A DNA stretch of 47,257 nucleotides from an uncultured Bacilli bacterium (GCA_944358135.1 CALVQN010000002.1:1-47257), one strand, 5' to 3'. Numbered from the stretch's first letter, positions 10,004-19,296 are shown. Made by a program: numbers and translations. Notes: generated from the letters alone by a model not told the origin.

Positions 10004-10160
10004 TGGAAGGAAATTTTATTATGACAAAACCCACTATTGAAGATTTATTTTATGAGATGATAATTGATGAAAAATTTTGAAACAAAAGCACTTGAATTAA
10101 TAAATAATGGAGTAGATATTAATGCTTAACAAGAAAGCTAAATTATTATAATAAAAAAAT

Positions 10161-10191
10161 GAATAAAAACAAGACTTCTTTCCCATAAATA
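10161..10191 (+). promoter_or_regulatory. Possible forespore (SigF/SigG-type) promoter upstream of sigG
   Basis: GAATA (10161-10165), an 18-nt spacer, then CATAAATA (10184-10191). This resembles the GnATA / CATnnTA pattern recalled for SigF/SigG promoters and is not a rigorous match. Confidence 0.25.
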
Positions 10192-10210
10192 AAAGGAAAG
10201 GAGTTTTTAA

Positions 10211-10987
10211 ATGGCTAGATACAAAGTAGATATTACAGGAATTAACACCAATGAATTAAAAGTATTAAATAGTAGCGAAATGATTAAATTATTTGAAAGG
10301 TATCAAAATGGGGATTTAAGTGCAAAAGAAGAATTAATAAATGGTAATTTAAAATTAGTATTAAGTATTTTACGTAGCTTTAACAAAGGAAATTACAATA
10401 TGGATGATTTATTCCAAGTAGGAGTAATAGGTTTAATTAAAGCCATAGATAATTTTGATTTATCTTATAATTTAAAGCTGTCAACTTATGCAGTGCCTTT
10501 AATACTAGGTGAGATAAAAAGATATATTAGAGACAATAACAGTATAAGAATTAGTAGAAGTATTAAAGATTTAGCTTATAATATCTTAAGATACAAAGAA
10601 TCCTATTTTAATGTCCATGGGAAAGATCCAACTAATGAAGAAATAGCAGAATATTTAGGAGTAGAAGAATATAAAATAGCTCAAGCTTTAGATAGTCTAA
10701 AAGAACCCATGAGTATTTTTGAACCAATTTATAATGATGGTGGTGATACGATTTATTTAATGGATCAGATAGCAGACAAAAAAGATTTAAACAGTGATAA
10801 GGATATGCTAATTTCTCTTAGAAGAGGGTTAAATAAGATTAAAGAAAGAGAAAGGGAAATATTAATAGAACGTTACATTATTGGTAAAACGCAAATGGAA
10901 ATCGCAGCATCTTTAAATATAAGCCAAGCCCAAGTATCCAGAATTGAAAAAAATGCCATTTTAAGTTTAAAAAGAATGATTAAATAG
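10211..10987 (+). CDS. sigG: Sporulation sigma factor SigG (forespore, late)
   Basis: 258 aa and collinear by eye with Bacillus SigG: KV.I.G..T..L.VL, NGNLKLVLS, DDLFQVG.IGL.K..DNFD, STYAVP.I.GEI.RY.RDN, FEPIYNDGGD.IY.MDQI, GKTQMEIA..L.ISQAQVSRIEK. Confidence 0.85.
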   Translation: MARYKVDITGINTNELKVLNSSEMIKLFERYQNGDLSAKEELINGNLKLVLSILRSFNKGNYNMDDLFQVGVIGLIKAIDNFDLSYNLKLSTYAVPLILGEIKRYIRDNNSIRISRSIKDLAYNILRYKESYFNVHGKDPTNEEIAEYLGVEEYKIAQALDSLKEPMSIFEPIYNDGGDTIYLMDQIADKKDLNSDKDMLISLRRGLNKIKEREREILIERYIIGKTQMEIAASLNISQAQVSRIEKNAILSLKRMIK

Positions 10988-11039
10988 CTTTACAATACTC
11001 CTAAAAAATAATATAATTAGACTTAAGGAGTTGATATAT

Positions 11040-11747
11040 TTGACAAGTAATGTTGCATTAAAAAGAATTATTGCGTATTTAATTGACTATTTAATAATTA
11101 CGTTAATTTCATCAGCTTTAACTTACATAACATTCATTAATCCTAGATATGATGAATATATAGAGACATCACAAGCTTATAATGAAATATTACAAGATTA
11201 TTATGATAGAGAAATTGATGCAAATGAATTAACAGAAAGGACACAAGAACTTAGTTATGAGTTAAATAGTAATGGATATGTATACACAATAGGTAGCATT
11301 GTCATTACATTCTTATATTTTAGTGTATTTGTCTATTTTACAAAAGGACAAACTCTAGGAAAAAAGATCATGGGAATCAGAATTGTAAGTAATAAAGGCA
11401 AAGAATTAAAGATGCATAATTATTTAATTAGGACCTTTATCTTAAATGGAGTAATTATGAATTTACTTACTTTAATTGCTATATGTTTTAAAGAAAGTAC
11501 ATACTTAACCATTTATACTGTTGCTTCCAATTTTGATATGATTTTAATGATTATCATATTCTTAATGATTTTATTCTACAAAGATGGAAGAGGACTTCAT
11601 GACATCCTAGCAGGAACAAAAGTAATTGATGTTAGAGATGAAGCAAATCTAGCAGTAGAAGAAGAACACAAAGAAGAAAAAGAAGAAGTAGAAGTAATTA
11701 AACCGAAAAAAACAACAAAAGGAAGTAAGAAAAACAGTGAAGATTAA
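11040..11747 (+). CDS. RDD-family membrane protein
   Basis: Starts KRIIAYLIDYLII. Three to four TM helices and the family-typical GQTLGKKIMGIRIV and RGLHDILAGTKV motifs. Charged K/E tail. TTG at 11040 sits 9 nt after AAGGAG. The track start at 11031 abuts the RBS. Confidence 0.8.
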   Translation: MTSNVALKRIIAYLIDYLIITLISSALTYITFINPRYDEYIETSQAYNEILQDYYDREIDANELTERTQELSYELNSNGYVYTIGSIVITFLYFSVFVYFTKGQTLGKKIMGIRIVSNKGKELKMHNYLIRTFILNGVIMNLLTLIAICFKESTYLTIYTVASNFDMILMIIIFLMILFYKDGRGLHDILAGTKVIDVRDEANLAVEEEHKEEKEEVEVIKPKKTTKGSKKNSED

Positions 11748-12165
11748 AGAAGTAGTAGGAATAGCTTTTATTGAAGAGGGTAAACTCTTAATTGTCCAAT
11801 CAAAGAAAAGTAGCAAAACAAACTCATATACTTTTATCGGTGGTGGGGTAGAAGAAGGAGAGACTTTAATAGAAGCTGCCAAAAGAGAAGTTAGTGAAGA
11901 AATTCATAGCGGATTTACCATTGAAGATAATGAACTAGAACTAGTTTTTGAACAAACAGAACAAGCAGCAAGTGATCCTAATCTAACGATTAGAATGCAT
12001 GTTTTTCTAGCTCATAAAAAAATAGACGTACCTCTTATACCAAATGAGGAAATATTAATCTATCATTGGTATACTCCTGGAGAGAACTATCATGTATCAA
12101 ATTCTATAAGAGATTTTCTAGCATATGCTAAAGAAAACAATATTATAGAAACAAAACAAAGATAA
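11737..12165 (+). CDS. NUDIX hydrolase
   Basis: The Nudix box GGGVEEGETLIEAAKREVSEEI matches GX5EX7REUXEEXGU. GTG start overlaps the RDD gene stop. Confidence 0.85.
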   Translation: MKIKEVVGIAFIEEGKLLIVQSKKSSKTNSYTFIGGGVEEGETLIEAAKREVSEEIHSGFTIEDNELELVFEQTEQAASDPNLTIRMHVFLAHKKIDVPLIPNEEILIYHWYTPGENYHVSNSIRDFLAYAKENNIIETKQR

Positions 12166-12188
12166 GCTTGAAATATAGCTTATCTTTT
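12161..12188 (+). terminator. Rho-independent terminator
   Basis: GATAAGCT (12161-12168) pairs with AGCTTATC (12177-12184), followed by TTTT. It overlaps the NUDIX stop codon. Confidence 0.6.
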
Positions 12189-12277
12189 ACATTTGTTTTA
12201 CATAAAATAGCGAACTCTACCTTTAGTATATTTCTTTTTTTAAAGTTTTTTATATAATAGGCATCAGAGGTGTGAAT

Positions 12278-13027
12278 ATGAACCAAGAAAAAATAGGTAA
12301 GTTTATAAAAACTGAGCGAAAGAAAAAGAATTTAACACAAGAAGAACTAGCTAGTATTTTGGAAGTAACAGATAAAGCAGTTTCTAAGTGGGAAAATGGC
12401 AGATGTTTACCTGATGTATCCTTATTTACTAAATTATGCAAAGCACTAGATATTACGGTAAATGAATTGTTGAATGGTGAAAAACTAAATAAGGATAATT
12501 ATCAGGAAAAGACAGAAGAGATAACCATAAATCTAATGAAAAAAATAAAAAAGAACAAAAAAAGATATATCAAAATAACTATCATAATGATTGTGTTATT
12601 TTTTCTCATAACTCTATTAATTAATGTTATTCCTTATTTTGAATTGGCTGTTCCCTACGATAATAGAATTATGAAGTGTCATATAGATAATGATGAACTT
12701 GTTTTTGAGGTGGCGGGATTAAGCGTAATTAATGAGTATTATGTATTAATAGAAAGCGAAAAAGAGGATGTGTATTTTTTTACAACTAAAATATATCTTT
12801 CTAACAAGCAAAGAAGTCACTTTGAAGCTTGGGATAGTATGGCTAAATTGATAGATGGAAAAAATTTATCATTTGGTTACTATCATAAATTAGATATTGA
12901 TAAAGCTAAAAAAGTGAAAGTCTATCATACTGATACTTCTCTAGATCAGATTAAAAATGCAAATAAAAAAGAATTAGAGGAAATTATAAAAAAATCAAAT
13001 CTAATGTGTGAAAGGGAAGAATTATGA
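12278..13027 (+). CDS. XRE-family HTH regulator with a transmembrane segment and extracytoplasmic domain
   Basis: ATG at 12278 lies 7 nt after GAGG. NLTQEELASILEVTDKAVSKWENG is the HTH. A TM helix sits around residues 100-125. Confidence 0.8.
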   Translation: MNQEKIGKFIKTERKKKNLTQEELASILEVTDKAVSKWENGRCLPDVSLFTKLCKALDITVNELLNGEKLNKDNYQEKTEEITINLMKKIKKNKKRYIKITIIMIVLFFLITLLINVIPYFELAVPYDNRIMKCHIDNDELVFEVAGLSVINEYYVLIESEKEDVYFFTTKIYLSNKQRSHFEAWDSMAKLIDGKNLSFGYYHKLDIDKAKKVKVYHTDTSLDQIKNANKKELEEIIKKSNLMCEREEL

Positions 13028-13704
13028 AAAAAACATTAATGATTATAGGTAGTATCATCTTTTATTTAATAGGATTAACTATTTTAAGTTTTTATTTATA
13101 TTTAGAATTAGCTCCAAAAGTAAGTATGGATGAAATAGATAGAATAATTCTCTTATTTTTGTTAGCATTTTTCTGCTATTTGGGAACATTTTTATTATCC
13201 AAATTTTTTAAAAATAATAAGCCTATGCAAATATATTTATATGGGATATTCATTTTATATATCATAACATTAATAAAACTAACTTTATTTGATAGTGATT
13301 ATGGTAGAGTTGGAATCAATATCTTTGATTGGAGCAAAGAAAATTTGGAAGTTTATTTAAGAAATAATAATTTAATTCCTTTTAAAACAATTATCGAATA
13401 TATTGCAAGACAAGATAGAATAGCTATAATCAATCTATTAGGAAATATCATTGCCTTTGCTCCCATGGGATTTTTCTTACCACTATTATTTAAAAAGCAA
13501 AATAAATTAAAAGTATTTATTTTTACAAATATAATGATAATTTTAACTATTGAACTTTTACAATTCCTAAGTCTATCAGGTAGTTTTGATATTGATGATT
13601 TTCTTTTAAATATATTAGGAGCATTAATTACTTATGGATTATTTAGAATAAGGAAAATAAAAAGCATATTAAACAAAATATTTTTAATAGAAAAAAACAA
13701 CTAA
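13024..13704 (+). CDS. VanZ-family membrane protein
   Basis: ATGA overlap with the upstream regulator gene. Motifs NLIPFKTI, NLLGNIIAFAPMGFFLP and E.LQF......FDIDDFLLNILGALI.YG are typical of VanZ-like proteins. Confidence 0.8.
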   Translation: MKKTLMIIGSIIFYLIGLTILSFYLYLELAPKVSMDEIDRIILLFLLAFFCYLGTFLLSKFFKNNKPMQIYLYGIFILYIITLIKLTLFDSDYGRVGINIFDWSKENLEVYLRNNNLIPFKTIIEYIARQDRIAIINLLGNIIAFAPMGFFLPLLFKKQNKLKVFIFTNIMIILTIELLQFLSLSGSFDIDDFLLNILGALITYGLFRIRKIKSILNKIFLIEKNN

Positions 13705-13722
13705 TTGATAATTATAGTTGTC

Positions 13723-14220
13723 TTAAATGATTATATTCATTTTTCCTTCTTGAAAAATTCTTTCATCCATTAATTTTAACTCATGAGAAATAATTGGTTT
13801 AAATTCCATTTGCTCTAATATATCTTTTTCAAGATCAACACCTGGAGCGATTTCAATTAAAGTGAGCCCATTACTTTCAAGTTTAAAAACTGCTCTTTCT
13901 GTTACAAATAAAATATTTTGTTGATGAATAGTTGCATATTTAGCAGAAAAAGTAATTTGTTCCACATTCTTTTTAAATTTCTTATATTTACCTTCCTGTA
14001 AAATATTTAATTTACCATCTTTAACTTCAACTTTAAGTCCTCCAGCTGTAAATGAACCCATGAAGATAATATTTTTTGTACTTTGAGTGATATTGATAAA
14101 ACCGCCTGGACCAGAAACACGGTTTTCAAGTTTTGAAACGTTAACATTTCCTCTAAAATCTACCTCGGCAAGTCCCAAAACAGCTTCATCAAGAATACCA
14201 CCATCATAAATATCAAACAT
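13723..14220 (-). pseudogene. C-terminal remnant of an acyl-CoA:acetate/propionate CoA-transferase (Pct-like)
   Basis: 165 aa matching only the C-terminal third of enzymes that are about 500 aa (GPGGFINITQ, FMGSFTAGGLKVEV.DGKL.I..EGK..KF, VTERAVF.L...GL.L.EIAPGVD). No N-terminal domain and no RBS. It abuts another truncated gene. Confidence 0.65.
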
Positions 14221-14221
14221 A

Positions 14222-14821
14222 TCCGTAGTTTTATATAACGCTATTGGATTAATTGCCCTATTTTCATTCTTAATCGCTTATGGTTATTTTCATATTAATA
14301 GAATTAGTCCAATGTGGTATGAGACAATGGCAGGAGGATATTTAAATCAAGCATTTGTTCAAGCATTTGTTTGTATGGGACTTGGATGTTTATTTAATGT
14401 ATGGATTACTAAATTAAAAGAACATAAATTTAGTACGACAACAAGAGTTTTATTAACAATTGCTCAACTAGTTTGTGCAGGAATTGTTGTATATCACACA
14501 CTATTTACAACTAACTTTACAACTATTCATGCTTTATGTGCAATATTAATTTTCTTAACATTATTAAACGAAGATTATCTAACAAAATTATTAAATCACA
14601 GAATTTGGAAATATCCAGGAAAGTTAGCATTATATATTTATATGCTCCATTTCCCAATTATTGATGTCTTATATAAATCTTTCAATATTACAAATCTTGC
14701 TTGTTTAGCAATCATTACAGTAGTTGTAACAGTCGGCTTATCTATGCTTTTGATGTTTATTGTCGACTATGTAATAACACCTAGATTAAACCGTAAAAAA
14801 GAAGTTGTAGCAAGCAAATAA
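14222..14821 (+). pseudogene. C-terminal remnant of an acyltransferase-3 (OatA-like) family membrane protein
   Basis: The frame is open from about 14210 with TM-helix-like sequence before the first ATG (14312), which has no RBS. It ends with the family-typical G..ALYIYMLHFPII block. Only about half the expected length is present. Confidence 0.5.
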
Positions 14822-14827
14822 AGAAAA

Positions 14828-14855
14828 AGTCCTAATTAAACGTTAGGATTTTTTT
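14828..14855. terminator. Bidirectional terminator hairpin
   Basis: AGTCCTAA pairs with TTAGGATT around a 7-nt loop, followed by TTTTTT on the + strand. It lies between convergent genes. Confidence 0.55.
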
Positions 14856-14875
14856 AATGTAAATAAATCATTTTT

Positions 14876-15070
14876 TTAATCAGCATTGTCACCATAAACA
14901 TATATTTCTGTTACTTTACCAAGTAAAGCTTTATTATAGTGAAGTTCTTTAATATTTGTTGGCGCATCTTCTGCAATTCCTTCATAAACAACTTCCTTAT
15001 CATTTACAATAACTTTAATATTCATTTTTTTAAAACCATCAATTTTACCATATGTTTTCAAAAATAGCAC
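14876..15070 (-). CDS. Small hypothetical protein
   Basis: 61-64 codons. The most plausible start is the TTG at 15061, 8 nt after GAGGTG. No recognisable motif. Confidence 0.4.
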   Translation of the reverse strand: MLFLKTYGKIDGFKKMNIKVIVNDKEVVYEGIAEDAPTNIKELHYNKALLGKVTEIYVYGDNAD

Positions 15071-15170
15071 CTCTTTAATACTTTTATTTTATCACGGTCT
15101 AAACAGCTTTTAAATAAAAAATTGCATTTATTATAAAAATGTTGTAAAGTATTTAACTGAGGTGAAAAGC

Positions 15171-16073
15171 ATGAAGAAAATAATTAGAGAACTTTTAAAT
15201 CAAAAAAGCTTTTATCAAGTATTAAAAGACTATGAGTTAGATAAATATGAATTACTTTCAGAAATGAGTGGAGAAATGTATGCTTATGATTCAACAGTTA
15301 CTTCTACAGAAAAAGAAATATTAGAAAATATTTATAAAAGAGAAGCTAGTATGTTTAATTTGACTGATGAAAAAGTTATGTTTATTTCTGATACTCATAT
15401 GGCGAGTGAACGTGAAGAATTAACTTATTTTAAAGAGGTATTACATTTTTGTAAGGATAATAACATACAATATTTAATTCATGCTGGAGATATTGCAGAT
15501 GGTACTGTTCTTGTCCAAATAGGAGAAGAACAAATAAAGAAAAATATTGCTTTTAGTGAGATCAAACAAAATACAGTTGATGCCCAAGTAAAGAGTATTT
15601 TAGATAATTATTTAACTACTCCTGAGGTTGTACAATTTGTATTAGGAGGAAATCATGATGAAAGATATTTAGAAAGAGATATAGATATCTTAAAGTTATT
15701 AGCTAAGCAAAAAAATATAGTTCCCTTAGGATATCTACAAGCCTTTTTTACTATATATGGCTATCCAATTTCCTTAGAACACGGTAGTAGAAATATTTAT
15801 CCATTGTCAGTTGTACCTAATTTATTTCCACAAAGTGTAAAAATAAAAGGACACTCTCATATATGGCTTTTAGAAAATAATAAAATATATTTACCAACAT
15901 TAAGTAAAGACATAAAATATGAAAAAGGTGCAACTGGCTTACCAGGATTTATTGTCATGAACTCATCAAAAACAGGAAATGTTTTAACTTTGAAATTTGA
16001 ACGATTTTATTACATAGAGGATAATCTTTATTTAGATCAAAAGCCTTACGTATTACAAAGAAAAATAAATTAA
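15171..16073 (+). CDS. Metallophosphoesterase (calcineurin-like fold)
   Basis: ATG at 15171 after GAGGTGA. Motifs ISDTHM, HAGDIADG, GGNHDE and GHSH are the classic metallophosphoesterase metal ligands. Confidence 0.8.
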   Translation: MKKIIRELLNQKSFYQVLKDYELDKYELLSEMSGEMYAYDSTVTSTEKEILENIYKREASMFNLTDEKVMFISDTHMASEREELTYFKEVLHFCKDNNIQYLIHAGDIADGTVLVQIGEEQIKKNIAFSEIKQNTVDAQVKSILDNYLTTPEVVQFVLGGNHDERYLERDIDILKLLAKQKNIVPLGYLQAFFTIYGYPISLEHGSRNIYPLSVVPNLFPQSVKIKGHSHIWLLENNKIYLPTLSKDIKYEKGATGLPGFIVMNSSKTGNVLTLKFERFYYIEDNLYLDQKPYVLQRKIN

Positions 16074-16087
16074 GTAAAAATAAAAAA

Positions 16088-16103
16088 CTCCGTAAATACG
16101 GAG
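16088..16103 (-). terminator. Intrinsic terminator reading on the minus strand, directly downstream of the tRNA-Thr 3' remnant
   Basis: CTCCGT-AAAT-ACGGAG hairpin. On the minus strand it is followed by TTTTTTA (complement of 16082-16087). It may also stop the + strand metallophosphoesterase transcript. Confidence 0.5.
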
Positions 16104-16114
16104 AATAAAACATA

Positions 16115-16131
16115 ATGGTGCTGAATGACTG
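16115..16131 (-). repeat. Distal direct repeat (att-like): a copy of the 3' end of tRNA-Thr
   Basis: ATGGTGCTGAATGACTG is identical to 29465-29481. On the minus strand this is the 3' T-stem strand, the acceptor strand, the discriminator and CCA of the tRNA at 29466-29539. Confidence 0.7.
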
Positions 16132-16164
16132 TTTAGAGTTTTAGTTTTTTATTAGAAAAAGTAC

Positions 16165-16198
16165 AACCCAAAATGCCTTAAAATGGGCATTTTGGGTT
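16165..16198 (+). repeat. Perfect 13-bp inverted repeat (hairpin) just inside the left island end
   Basis: AACCCAAAATGCC (16165-16177) pairs with GGCATTTTGGGTT (16186-16198) around an 8-nt loop, followed by ATTTTTG. No upstream + strand gene needs it as a terminator. Confidence 0.45.
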
Positions 16199-16246
16199 AT
16201 TTTTGATTAAAGCAAAATAAAAAAATTAAAAAAAATCATGTTTTTT

Positions 16247-16258
16247 TAAGGCGTAAAA
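16247..16258 (+). repeat. TAAGGCGTAAAA motif, left-end copy
   Basis: The same 11-mer, TAAGGCGTAAA, occurs twice in tandem at 29395-29416 near the other island end, in the same orientation. Confidence 0.4.
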
Positions 16259-16444
16259 CAAAAAAATGGATGGCAAATTATAGCAAGATAAAAAATATAT
16301 TTTTACACTATTAATTCATTTAAAATTGCCCATGTTACATTGGTATATTAAGTTTTTCAATTTATTGAAATAAACCTGCTGTTTTTTAGTTAAAAATTTG
16401 ATACAATATAGTAGAAGTAAATCAAATTGAAACAGAGGGATGGT

Positions 16445-17428
16445 ATGAACAAATTAGCTGAAAGACAAAAAGAACTACTTTTTGGAAATCTTAATGAGCA
16501 AGAATATAAAATAAAGCAAAAAGAATTTTTAGAATTATATTATAAGTTAAGAAAAAAAGAGGAAAGTGCATGGTATAGCAAATTATCTTTAGAGCAAAGG
16601 AAAAAAATCCATAAATTCATTTTAGCTCTTTATAAAGTTAAAAATAGATTAGGTGGTTTTTCATATCAAATCTTGGGAGATGAAAGAACTGCGACAGATA
16701 GACCAATCATTTTTGTAGTAAGTCATGTAGGTAAGTTTGATGTTGAAGTAGTTAGTGAAGCAATAAAAGATCATTATTATTTATTATCTGGAGATTTTGA
16801 ACATATTCAAGGTATTATGGACGTTCCATTCTTGGGATTAAATGGTGTATTTTACTTTAATGAAAAAGTAAAAGAAGATCGTAAATTAGTATCTAAAAAA
16901 ATGATAGACCATTTATGTTCTGGGGGAAACCTCATGTATTTTATTGAAGGAACTTGGAATATTACTCCCAATTTACCAATGCTACCATGTTATTGGGGAA
17001 TAGTTGATATAGCAAAAGAGGGAAATGCAATTATTGTCCCTATTGCAGCCGAACAATATGGTAAATTATTTAAAATCAAAATTGGCAAGAATTTTGATAT
17101 GAATTTATATGGCTCTGGAAATGCTGAAAAATCAAGGGCAATTGAAGATCTGCGAGATGTAATATCTACATTAAAATGGGATATTTGGGAAACAGAAAAG
17201 GTTAGTAGAAAAGAAATTCCAGACGATTATTGGATAAAATATGTAGGTGATAGATTCAAAGAATGGCCATATTTTAACGAAGAATATATAGATGGTTTAA
17301 TCTATAAGCCTAAAGGAATTTATACAGAAAATGAAGTCTTTGAGCCGATAAGAGCTTTGATTCCACAAGAAAAAGCAGAATATGTAGTTAAGTTAGAGAG
17401 AAATAAAGTGGTCACCAAGGAAATATAA
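16445..17428 (+). CDS. Lysophospholipid (PlsC-type) acyltransferase family protein
   Basis: HX4D motif (SHVGKFD) and FIEGTWN (compare FPEGTR) motif. ATG at 16445 after AGAGGGA. Confidence 0.65.
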   Translation: MNKLAERQKELLFGNLNEQEYKIKQKEFLELYYKLRKKEESAWYSKLSLEQRKKIHKFILALYKVKNRLGGFSYQILGDERTATDRPIIFVVSHVGKFDVEVVSEAIKDHYYLLSGDFEHIQGIMDVPFLGLNGVFYFNEKVKEDRKLVSKKMIDHLCSGGNLMYFIEGTWNITPNLPMLPCYWGIVDIAKEGNAIIVPIAAEQYGKLFKIKIGKNFDMNLYGSGNAEKSRAIEDLRDVISTLKWDIWETEKVSRKEIPDDYWIKYVGDRFKEWPYFNEEYIDGLIYKPKGIYTENEVFEPIRALIPQEKAEYVVKLERNKVVTKEI

Positions 17429-17516
17429 AATTTAATAAAATATTTATTTAATGAACTTTAATTTTTATTAAATATATAGTATAATTTTTATAAGATAGTG
17501 TAAAGGTAGTGATCAT

Positions 17517-18920
17517 ATGTCTAATGGATATATTGTTGGGTGTGCATTAGTAATTTCAATATTAATTACTATTATGTTTAGTATCAAATCAAAGGTTACA
17601 AATATAGAAACAAAAATATTTAAGAAAATGCTTTTTGTTAATATTTTAGAATCCCTTATGACAAATCTGATTTTCATAGTCGCCATTACAATTGATTCTA
17701 CTTTTATTTTAAAAATTCTAAACCGAATCGATGTTATTTTAATTGTTGTTTGGTGTAGCTTAATGTTTTATTATATATATTCAATTACAAGCAAAAAAGT
17801 GGAACAACGTATTAAAAAGTTTGTTATCTTATTGGATATTATTATAGTTTTTTTTGCTTTATTTTTAGATGTTACCATTATTAATGAAAATGGGATTATG
17901 AACTCAACAGGAATGCTTACATATTTAGGTTTTATTGGTGCGAGTTTATATATAATATTTATGATTTTAACATTGATTATGATTAGAGATAAAAAAGATA
18001 ATTTAGATAAAAATAAATATATTCCACTATATTTTTTGATAGGTATGCTTATCTTAGTAGCAGTTTTAAGATTAATTATACCAGAGATTAATTTTATATC
18101 TATTGTTATTAGTTTAGTTGATATGATTATGATTTTTACAGTAGAGAATCCAGATGTAAAAATGCTTAATCAAGTACTACTAGCAAAAGAACAGGCTGAA
18201 AAGTCCAATAAAGTAAAATCGGATTTTTTGTCAAGTATGTCACATGAGATTAGAACTCCATTAAATGCCATTGTGGGGTTTAGTGAGTTAATAGATAGTG
18301 CCGAAACTTTAGAAGAAGCAAAAGAAAATAGTAAAGAAATTTTAGAAGCTTCTAATACATTATTAAATATGCTATCTAATGTAATTGATATTGCTCAAGT
18401 AGAAGTGGATAGTGTAGAAATAAAAGAAGTTTCATATGATTTAGAAAAAGAACTTAAAAATATATGTAGGTTGTACCAATATAAATTAGAAGAAAAACAT
18501 TTAGACTTAGATATAGATATAAATGTTCCCAAAATGCTAAAAGGGGATATTGATAAAATTAAAAGAATTGTTGCTAATTTATTAGATAATGCAATTAAAT
18601 ATACTGACATGGGCTATATCTCGCTAGTAGTTAATTCATCAATTAAGAATAACCTTTGTAATTTAGAAATACGTATACAAGACACAGGAATTGGTATTGA
18701 TCAGAAAGTAATAAATCACTTGTTTGAAAATTTTGTTAGATCTAGTGAACATAAGGATTCCAATAAATCAGGCATGGGGTTAGGATTATCAATTACCAAA
18801 AAACTTGTCGATTTAATGAATGGAAGTATTGAGTGTGAATCAAAAGAAGGTACAGGAACAACATTTATTGTTAGAATATCTCAAAAAGTAGGTGATGAAT
18901 CTGAAAGCATTAGTAGTTGA
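17517..18920 (+). CDS. Sensor histidine kinase with a polytopic membrane N-terminal domain
   Basis: Six to seven TM helices, then the H-box SHEIRTPLNAI, the N-box LLDNAIKYT, and G-boxes DTGIGI and GMGLGLSI. Confidence 0.85.
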   Translation: MSNGYIVGCALVISILITIMFSIKSKVTNIETKIFKKMLFVNILESLMTNLIFIVAITIDSTFILKILNRIDVILIVVWCSLMFYYIYSITSKKVEQRIKKFVILLDIIIVFFALFLDVTIINENGIMNSTGMLTYLGFIGASLYIIFMILTLIMIRDKKDNLDKNKYIPLYFLIGMLILVAVLRLIIPEINFISIVISLVDMIMIFTVENPDVKMLNQVLLAKEQAEKSNKVKSDFLSSMSHEIRTPLNAIVGFSELIDSAETLEEAKENSKEILEASNTLLNMLSNVIDIAQVEVDSVEIKEVSYDLEKELKNICRLYQYKLEEKHLDLDIDINVPKMLKGDIDKIKRIVANLLDNAIKYTDMGYISLVVNSSIKNNLCNLEIRIQDTGIGIDQKVINHLFENFVRSSEHKDSNKSGMGLGLSITKKLVDLMNGSIECESKEGTGTTFIVRISQKVGDESESISS

Positions 18921-19257
18921 TGATAGTTTAATCAATCTTAGAGTAGCTCAAAAATTGTTGGAACACTTAAATTTAGAAGTAGATACTGCCCTTAGTGGTA
19001 AAGAGTGCTTAGAAAAAGTTAAGAGTAATTCATATGATATTATTTTTATGGATATAATGATGCCTGAAATGGATGGCGTGCAAACATTTCAAAATTTAAA
19101 GTCAATAGAAGGTTTTTCTACTCCGGTTGTTTCTTTAACAGCGGACGCAAAAACTGGAGCAAAAGAAAGATACCTAGGCTTAGGGTTTAGTGACTACATT
19201 TCTAAACCGATTGATTTAAAATTATTAGAGAATATTATTAAAAAGTTCTCAAATTAA
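18895..19257 (+). CDS. Stand-alone receiver-domain response regulator (CheY-like, no output domain)
   Basis: LVVDDS, phospho-acceptor FMDIMMPEMDG, SLTAD and SKP motifs. It overlaps the kinase stop by about 26 nt. Confidence 0.8.
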   Translation: MNLKALVVDDSLINLRVAQKLLEHLNLEVDTALSGKECLEKVKSNSYDIIFMDIMMPEMDGVQTFQNLKSIEGFSTPVVSLTADAKTGAKERYLGLGFSDYISKPIDLKLLENIIKKFSN

Positions 19258-19268
19258 ATTTGAAGATT

Positions 19269-19296
19269 TTGCATTTTATATGAATTGTGGTATAAT
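19269..19296 (+). promoter_or_regulatory. SigA-type promoter for the greA-like/lysR pair
   Basis: TTGCAT (19269-19274), a 16-nt spacer ending in TGG, then TATAAT (19291-19296). This is an extended -10. Confidence 0.5.

Noticed and set aside
10020-10079. A 19-codon ORF (MTKPTIEDLFYEMIIDEKF) downstream of the Fic/Doc-like gene, considered as a possible antitoxin.
   Set aside because: It is too short, has no RBS, and is in the wrong position (Phd-type antitoxins precede Doc). Nothing supports that it is coding.
18880-18925. The possibility that the histidine kinase and the receiver are one hybrid kinase split by a frameshift.
   Set aside because: The receiver frame has a stop (TAG at 18889-18891) immediately upstream of its start, and a GTG/ATG start with an upstream purine-rich stretch. 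Overlapping kinase/regulator genes are common. It cannot be excluded without read data, so it is only mentioned.
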